Positions 55,332 through 64,000 of a stretch of 64,000 nucleotides of DNA are shown here, one piece after another; within the stretch, counting starts at the first letter, position 1, and each line of letters starts with the position of its first letter. Position numbers and translations under genes: made by a program. Where the stretch lies: positions 1 through 64,000 of the forward strand of contig ADNK01001791.1 of assembly GCA_000320545.1 (NCBI GenBank), in the 5' to 3' direction. Under the pieces are notes generated by a model. The model made no database searches. It saw only the letters and a list, made by a program, of their open reading frames with translations, and was not told the DNA's origin. The DNA is from Bigelowiella natans CCMP2755 (Eukaryota; Protista; Cercozoa).

Positions 55332-56225
55332 ATGATTGCCACGGCGCTGCCGCTCTGCATGCTTTCGTTGGCCTCGAGCACCGTTGCCTCTACCATTCGT
55401 GCCTCAGCTTTGGTAATTACCTGGGGGGGATAAATATATTATCGTGTAACTTAAGAGAATCGAGCTTAACCTGATACTTTATGCATTAGGCAAGGCGCAG
55501 GTTCGTACGGGCTGAGGGCAGCATGTTTCGTTTGAAGCTGCGAGGAGGATCATCGCTTCTGCGCCAGACTGAGACAACTTCTGTGCCTCAAAAAAACAGG
55601 AGGCGTCTCTCGGTCGGGGCTGCTTCGAGTGGTACTCTTCTCTATGTCAATGTATACGTCTATTGCTAGCCCGTTGCTTATGCAATGATGTGTTAATTAC
55701 AGAACCCGTGGACACAATTGTACAGTATGTAGTTGTAAGGCGGGATCTAAAGGACCAATGGGGTAAAGCACTGCTAAAGTTTTCACAAATAATATCTGCT
55801 GGCTTTCAAGTCCAGACTGCTTTTTTGCGGTTCGTTCTGGTCGCTTAACCTCTTACTCTTTGATCCAAAGGCACTGGCCCGTTAATAGCACAAGCATGCC
55901 ATGCTTCTACGGCAGCCTTGTGGCTATCTAGAGATGAAGAATACACTAAGGCATACACTGATGGTCACTATATCAGAGAGTAAAAATTAAATCAGTTTAC
56001 AAATTTCATCCATGCCGGCGTTCCATTCATTCAGGTCTTGATGCTATGCACAAGGTCATTTTGAGTGCCAAAAACGAAAACGCTCTTCGCAAAGCCGCGA
56101 AAACATTAGAGGAGGTATGTTGTGTATATTTACTAGTCTTATCTGTGTATATAAACATGAATGTGTGCTGGCCTATCTTGTGGCATTACGACGTGATATG
56201 TGTGCGGTACTTGTTTGTGTGTATC

Positions 56226-56261
<36 letters not shown>

Positions 56262-56511
56262 CGTAGGGAGGTGTAAAATGCAAATTGTGGATCGAGCAGC
56301 CAGAAAATATACCAACAGGTTGGTCATACTACTGTCGTCTCTATCTTCGTGAAAAAATAGTGAGGTGTTGGCTTTGCTATCGCATCTTCTTTTAGCACGC
56401 TCGGTTGCCACTGAAACTTTGATTTCCTATGATGTAGCTCTAGCAACTTTCCCAAGGCCTCGTAGCGAGATAAAGCCATTTACAAAAGGTCTACAATTGT
56501 TTAAAGATTAG
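55332..56511 (+). CDS. PTRHD1: Peptidyl-tRNA hydrolase PTRHD1 (PTH2 family) with bipartite presequence
   Basis: VQYVVVRRDL..W|GPLIAQACHASTAA, MHKVIL, KLWIEQPENIPT|ALATFP...GLQLFKD*. The N-terminus has a hydrophobic signal and an Arg/Ser-rich LKLRGG segment. Confidence 0.85.
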
Positions 56512-57441
56512 CTAGATTAGGATAACAGCAGCCACTTTCTAGGTTTGAGTATGGATCTTCTCCTGTAAATTCTCATTTCTAGATTATGGTGACGGCACAT
56601 AGTCTAGATAGCTAGATAGTCTAGAGTGTGCTAAAAATTCACAAGCAACGTTTCATTCAACTAGTCAAGCTAGCAAGGCTACAAGGTAGCATGTTGATCC
56701 CATTCATGACATCTCTCATGTAGCGTTACATGAAATGAGTCTAGAAATACACTAGCACACGCCGCAGCTTGCTAGCTAGCTAGCTAGCTGGCATCGATCA
56801 TTTGCATGTCTAGCAGTGGGCATGTCAAACATTCTGTCATTACTAGATTGCAACATCGCTAGATCGCTAGCTAACTAGCGGTACATTTGTCAATGACAAT
56901 TGTCAGCACATGCAGCACACTCCATTTCTAGCATTTGCAAGAAAACTGCATACTAGCATAGCTACACAGCATGCGATCACATGTCTAGATGTGTGTGATT
57001 AGCTCGAGAGCTGCAAGTGCAAGTTCAATTAGCGCTAGAGCGTTCGACATGCACGACAGGGACGAGACGCAGCTTCCGCAAGAGGAAAACTTTGAAACTG
57101 GACTTTTGAAGTTCTAGTTCCAAACAAAGATGGAGTACCACGTTCTAGCGCCATAGCGTTCTAGCTAGCATACGATGATCTAGATGATCTAGTGATGGAG
57201 GCTAGGAGGGTGAGTCAACTCCATCTAGCTATGCTGGCATGCGAAGACACCAATACCATCTAGCTATGCTGGCATGCGAAGATACCTACGCGCTGTGACA
57301 CCGTTCAAGAAAAGAATTGAAATACATCTAAACATCTCAACACGATCTAGATTTGTAAACTCTCTCTTCCATTCTAGTCAAAATCACTGCATTTTTGGAT
57401 CAGTTCAAATCGAATGATACATCTAGACATCTAGATAGCTA
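56510..57441. other. CTAG-saturated intergenic tract
   Basis: About 36 CTAG in ~930 bp by hand count, against about 4 expected at uniform composition. Confidence 0.85.
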
Positions 57442-57583
57442 AAATTGGTGTACTATTGTTGAGGATTTAACATGCTAATGTAGCCTTCGAACGCACGAAC
57501 ACGCACTGCTCCCAAACGAGCAGCGCTCATTACGTAGTAGCTTTAATCTGACGTATATGAGTGCTATAGCTCTGTCTATTTTA

Positions 57584-59416
<1,833 letters not shown>

Positions 59417-59861
59417 TGTGTGTTATGTATCGTTAAGCTTTAAAGCTCTTTGCCTGTGCATATGCCTCATGGCATTTCCCCCCTAATGAGCAAATTCGTG
59501 CTCGTCGCAATAGAAAATAAAGCCGAATTAGGAACTATTTGTTTAACTGATGCCCTTCTAGTCGATCTGGGTGTCAGATCCCTGTTGTGTTGCGCGGGAA
59601 GTGGGTTTTTGCTGAGATCAGATAATTTTGTTGCCATCCAGCTCTATCTTGTAGAAGGAAATTCAAACCATTTTTCTCTTGCGTCAAACTCTGTAGGGTA
59701 GAGAAGGAAATATTTCTGAATGTCACATTCCTTGAAATTTGATAGAACGAAGTAATTATTTTTAACCATCAAATGACGATTCAATAAATGGGCGCAAAAC
59801 CATGGTGTGGATAGTTTCCGTGTTCTTTCACCTTAATTTCGTTTCGGATTCGATCGGATAG

Positions 59862-60747
59862 AAAACGACTTGGATGCTGCTCCTGCGACAAGGTGTCCAG
59901 TGTCCAATTCATTGCAATGAACAAAACTCAACTTGGTGCATCTTGAGCTCAAGTGCCAAACGATTTCAATTTCACAGATCGCTTCATCAATTGTGCATCT
60001 CTGGACCTGTTCGGTGCGACATCTGTCGAAATGAACATGAGAACATTGTCACTTTGGGAGCCTTTGCTGCCATGTCTTCAAAGGAAAAGCTGTGCCTTGC
60101 TCTGGGGGCACGATTTGGTGCACCTTCGACAGGCAAAGAAATCGACAGGGCTCCGCCGAATCGATGTCCAGCTCAATGATTTTGCTGCTGTGCGCCAATT
60201 TGGTGATTTTGTCCTTCGTCTCTGTGCTCCTAGTTTCTGTCACATGCAAACCCGATCGAGATGACTGATTTCAGCTTGAACTTGGACACACTCCACCTAC
60301 TAGCCTGTTCCTCTCTAGCTCCCTGGCTCTCTAGCTCTGATCAACAGATCAACAGGCAGTTCACCTGGCCCCAACTCATTGTCCTTGGCTTCCTCAGTCA
60401 CAGGACACTGTGTTAGTTTTGTTGCTCAACACCAACAGGGTGCTGACAAGTCCTCGCAATGATTTTTGTTGAGGCGCTGCTGCACGCATGTCCAGCTAGC
60501 TAGATGTGCACGTCCCATCTGCATGGCCATGTGGTTCTTGCTCACGTGGTTTTTGCATCACTGGGTCAATGCTTCGTTCATTGTTCATTGTTCAACATGA
60601 ATCAACCAATTCGTTGACCAATCGCTTTTGTCCGGTCATCATTTCAAGCAAAAAGTGACACCATTCTTGCAAGTCTGGAAGTGGTGATGAAAGTGCCAGC
60701 TCCAGAGATCTAGAGATGCCTGCCTGTGTGACTGCATCAAGTCCATT
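59862..60747. mobile_element. TpA-depleted degenerate repeat/TE remnant
   Basis: 9 TpA in ~885 bp (7 CTAG, 1 CTAC, 1 TTAG). Tyr-free pseudo-ORFs rich in Cys/His. TE family not identifiable. Confidence 0.45.
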
Positions 60748-61078
60748 TATGTTTTAAGTTGCACTTTGTGTGTGCGCCCAGCCCAGGCCGGAGGACTGTG
60801 AGCATGTGTGCGTATCGTTGTCTAGTTCTAGAGTTATGCATCATTCGACAGGCCGTGTCGGCGCCAGAACCATCAGTTGTGCACATGCTCGATGACAAGT
60901 GTTTATGCACGATGCTGCTGTGTACGCCACATTTAGACAAGTATGCGTTTAAAAAAAGTGCATGCAGATAATTAGATAATTCAGGTTTGTTTGCAGACAC
61001 AGCGAAATAAATTTGATCATCGATAATTTGCCGCTCTATTGGCTAAGTTTTGTGCATGTACATATATTATGTATATAA

Positions 61079-61142
<64 letters not shown>

Positions 61143-61243
61143 TTTGTCATACAGAGCCGGAAGAGACAAAAAGAGGATTCCCCATATACGTCAGGCACTA
61201 CATAGGGCCAATTCTGCCTCTACCAGCAAAATTAATGAAGTTA

Positions 61244-62587
61244 TTATATTTCCGGCAACCACCTACCCGTCTTCGTAAATTTAATAGTGACTCGTCTCCT
61301 TTTCTCAAACTGAGCCTGAGCGAATGCCTTGTTCAACTTATTTACTTTCACGTCCCTAGAATCCGCAAGAGAGTAATGGCGTTTGGCTCGCCGAGCTACA
61401 TGGTTCGAATCTTTACTTTTCGTGTCCCCTTCTTCACCTTCAGCACTGCTTCTAATCTGTGCCGTTGTCGACATCATCATCACCATGCTCTTGCCAGCAC
61501 CTTCTCCATCTAATTTGCTATCCTTAGCCTTTAAGTCCTGCGTCGATGTTTCCGCCCCAGCTGTTCCATATGCTGCATCCTGAGCGACAACACCGTTGGG
61601 CGTTGAGCCGTAGGCTCCTGCTGCTGCTGGGTCATAGTATCCTCCTCCTCCTCCATAAGCAGCAGCAGCCCCATATGGATATGCTGCAGCGGCTGCAGCA
61701 GCATACCAGTACTGCTGATATGCAGCAGCAGCAGCAGCTGCAGCATATCCAGCCCCTGCATTAGCCTGAGGCGAGGCCCATCGTACTCGGAAGCAAGAAT
61801 TACCGATTTGTCGACCGTTGAGGCCCTGGATCGCTCTCTGGGCCATCTCTCTAGTAGCATAAACAACCGTTGCAACCCCCTTTCCAACTGGCATGGCGAG
61901 GCTTGTGATTTCGCCATATTCCTCAAATTCGCTCCGGACTTCAGACTCCGTCAACGTGAGATCGATATTCGTGACCAATAGACCGGAAGTTGATGCTTGT
62001 ACTGCAGGATCACCACTGCCCCCTGTGCCGTTCTTGGCCACAGCTACGGAGACTCTCATGGCGCGATTTGATAGGTAAACGCCGGTCATTTCTTGCACTG
62101 CGCGGTCGCGCTCCATTTGGTCCGTGAATTTAATGAATCCATACCCTTTGGATATGTTGGTCGCTGGATCTATAACTACTCGTGCTCCCGAGACCGTGGT
62201 ATAGCGTTGACGGAAGCACTGCTCTAGCATATAGTCTGTCACATCAGGTGCGAGATCTCCAACGAAAATAGAGAATGAGGGACCCACGCCGCTCCCTCCA
62301 CCCGTCTGAGCCCAGTTCAGCCTATAATATTTGCCAGGATTGCTAGGGACCGGTTTAGAGTTGAGGGTGGTTAGAACTCTTTCGGCTATATCACGGGAGC
62401 AAAACTCCACAAAGCCATAACCAGCGATGTCCCCTGTTTCTTTATTCCGGATCACTTTGACATTCTCGATCACATTCTTGTAGTCCTCGAACATTCGATA
62501 GACGAACGCCTCGTCCATGTGGGCATCAAGGCCTCCAACCCATAGCGTCTTGACATTTGTAGGCCTCGAGTAGTTCGCTGCCGCCAT
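61244..62587 (-). CDS. Triple-RRM RNA-binding protein of the RBP45/RBP47/Nam8/TRNAU1AP family, intronless
   Basis: TLWVGGLDAHMDE...VKVIRNKETG..GYGFVEF, SIFVGDLAPDVTD...SKGYGFIKF, a third RRM and an Ala/Tyr-rich tail. Likely ATG at 62587 (MAAANY). Confidence 0.9.
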   Translation of the reverse strand: MAAANYSRPTNVKTLWVGGLDAHMDEAFVYRMFEDYKNVIENVKVIRNKETGDIAGYGFVEFCSRDIAERVLTTLNSKPVPSNPGKYYRLNWAQTGGGSGVGPSFSIFVGDLAPDVTDYMLEQCFRQRYTTVSGARVVIDPATNISKGYGFIKFTDQMERDRAVQEMTGVYLSNRAMRVSVAVAKNGTGGSGDPAVQASTSGLLVTNIDLTLTESEVRSEFEEYGEITSLAMPVGKGVATVVYATREMAQRAIQGLNGRQIGNSCFRVRWASPQANAGAGYAAAAAAAAYQQYWYAAAAAAAYPYGAAAAYGGGGGYYDPAAAGAYGSTPNGVVAQDAAYGTAGAETSTQDLKAKDSKLDGEGAGKSMVMMMSTTAQIRSSAEGEEGDTKSKDSNHVARRAKRHYSLADSRDVKVNKLNKAFAQAQFEKRRRVTIKFTKTGRWLPEI

Positions 62588-62736
62588 GACCGCGAGGAGG
62601 AAGAAGCTTCGGGTTGTCACAGTACCGAAATAATAACAAGAGAATGAAAAAAAAGAAAACAATAAAGCGGCTATTGTTAATTTGATGCCCCACCAACAAA
62701 TGCTTGTAGATCAAGAAATACACCGAATACTTCGTA

Positions 62737-63514
62737 AAAGGATGCAATGACAAAGAGAAGTCACAGTCCCAAGTTGGCAAGGCACGAAAGAAAATGGAAC
62801 CAGGAATGGAGGATGCACCTGGAAAAAAGCAATTGGAAAAAAGATGGACGAGGATTTCAAATGAGATCTTCAAGCTCCTCGATGGCTGAAATGCCATTCT
62901 TGATTCCTTCTGGTTTCACTAGTTAGACCTCGCTAAAGTTAGTTCGAGGCACTGCGTTTCGCACACTGCAAATGTCTTGCAACGTTTTGGAAGTGCAGTT
63001 TGTCTGTGATCATTGTTTCATTGTTTCATTGTTTCTTTTGGGATCGACTGCATCCAGGCTGGTTCAGCTTGTGCATGCCTTCTCATGGGATGCCACACAC
63101 AAGTGGCACGCATCTGCATCATCACGGAACATGCGCCAGCCCACACATTGAGCTGGATCGACTTGCTAGCTTGTTGTGCGTGTGCAATTGCGCAGTTTTT
63201 GTTCGGAAAGCGAGGCGTCACACGCGTGAACGGAATCACGCGATGTGCGGGCTGCTGTGTGTTCACAGTCCAGGTTGTCAGGCACAATCACAATTGTGAT
63301 TTCGCTGCATGACGAGCACAATTTCAAATGCACGATGCAACTCAAGTGTGACATGATCGAAATGCCATGGAATTTGCATCAGGTTTGACCCGCATGCACA
63401 CATGCGTTTCCATTTTGCATTGTGCAAATGAACCAATGCAATTGACTGCTGAGACGTGGCATGCATGCATGCGCCCTCATTGCAGCGCAGCTCACTAGCT
63501 CAAGCTAGCCAGTC
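62737..63514. mobile_element. TpA-depleted degenerate repeat/TE remnant
   Basis: 62942-63514 (573 bp) has only 3 TpA, all in CTAG. CpG is abundant. Confidence 0.45.
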
Positions 63515-63624
63515 CTATAGTCTAGGGTGCACATGCAAACACATGTGATTGATGACTTTGAAATGTGCATGATACCGTTGTCGTTCGATTCTGTTGTTCA
63601 TGCTGCAGCATGCACCACGACGGG

Positions 63625-64000
63625 TCATGCTAAATGAATCTGTGGCCATGCAGGATCACTGAAGTATTGAACCTCCCATCTGTAACAACCCAGACCATTT
63701 GTTGTATCTTTGTCATAGAAGTTGAACGCATAGCAACCGTATGTTGATGAATGTCCTGGCTCTGTTACACGAACCCGCGTGCTATTTGCCTGTGTGGTTA
63801 TGTCATCATAACTGTCATTGTCGTCATTAGATGCCATGATTATGACGATCAAACCTGCACAAGATATGTGTGCCAGTCATCAACTTCTTGTTTAGATGAC
63901 ACCACCATAGTGTAGGTGGATTTTCCGGGATTGTCCTGTGAAAACATAACAAAAAAGAGAGTATTTTTTAAAATTCTGAACCACAAAAGAGCGGAACGCT
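63625..64000 (-). CDS. Last exons of a gene extending beyond the window; penultimate exon resembles the end of a PH domain
   Basis: AG|DNPGKSTYTMVVSSKQEVDDWHTYLVQ|GT...AG|ANSTRVRVTE...QIHLA*. Confidence 0.5.

Larger units (their letters stand above)
93..56258. repeat. Dispersed intronic microsatellites: (TA)n, (CA)n, (GA)n, (CAT)n, (CAG)n, poly-C/G
   Basis: Examples at 93-130, 190-220, 1115-1149, 3766-3800, 9020-9123, 37912-37970. Present in most introns. Confidence 0.95.

Noticed and set aside
365-56411. Dozens of 60-200 aa ORFs with CVCV, THTH, IYIY, LSLS, ERER or homopolymer runs
   Set aside because: They are translations of intronic microsatellites, not genes.
59874-63466. Overlapping Cys/His-rich ORFs at 59874-60264 and 63000-63466 as zinc-finger genes
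   Set aside because: Open frames and Cys/His richness follow from TpA loss (no TAA/TAG, Tyr converted to Cys/His).
59862-63514. CpG methylation decay or classical RIP as the cause of the CA/TG excess
   Set aside because: CpG is abundant in these tracts (e.g. 63210-63250), and RIP would increase TpA rather than remove it.

Overview
Eukaryotic nuclear DNA with many introns. Short exons sit among microsatellite-filled introns, and N-terminal signal+transit-like presequences suggest an alga with a secondary plastid, possibly chlorarachniophyte-like (inference). Most ORFs in the supplied track are microsatellite artefacts. I assembled about 13 host genes by hand from exons: a kinesin with a PH-like tail, an NRF-6-like acyltransferase, a MYND-PrimPol fusion, a GMC oxidoreductase, a PUB/MATH protein, an ankyrin protein, an STN7-like pseudokinase, PTRHD1, an STE20/MST kinase, a triple-RRM RBP45/TRNAU1AP-like protein, two hypothetical proteins and one partial gene. 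There is also a LINE 3' fragment and a probable retroelement 5' half with tRNA-like heads and an S1-domain ORF. The most striking signal is mutational. TE-like and 3' intergenic DNA is almost free of TpA, decayed (TA)n tracts read only TA/CA/TG, Tyr codons in a LINE ORF appear replaced by His/Cys, and the surviving TpA sits almost only in CTA/TAG contexts, with CTAG strongly enriched. Intronic (TA)n tracts are untouched. This looks like a repeat-directed TpA A-to-G hypermutation process, the reverse of fungal RIP. All counts are hand counts, and multi-exon gene boundaries are approximate.
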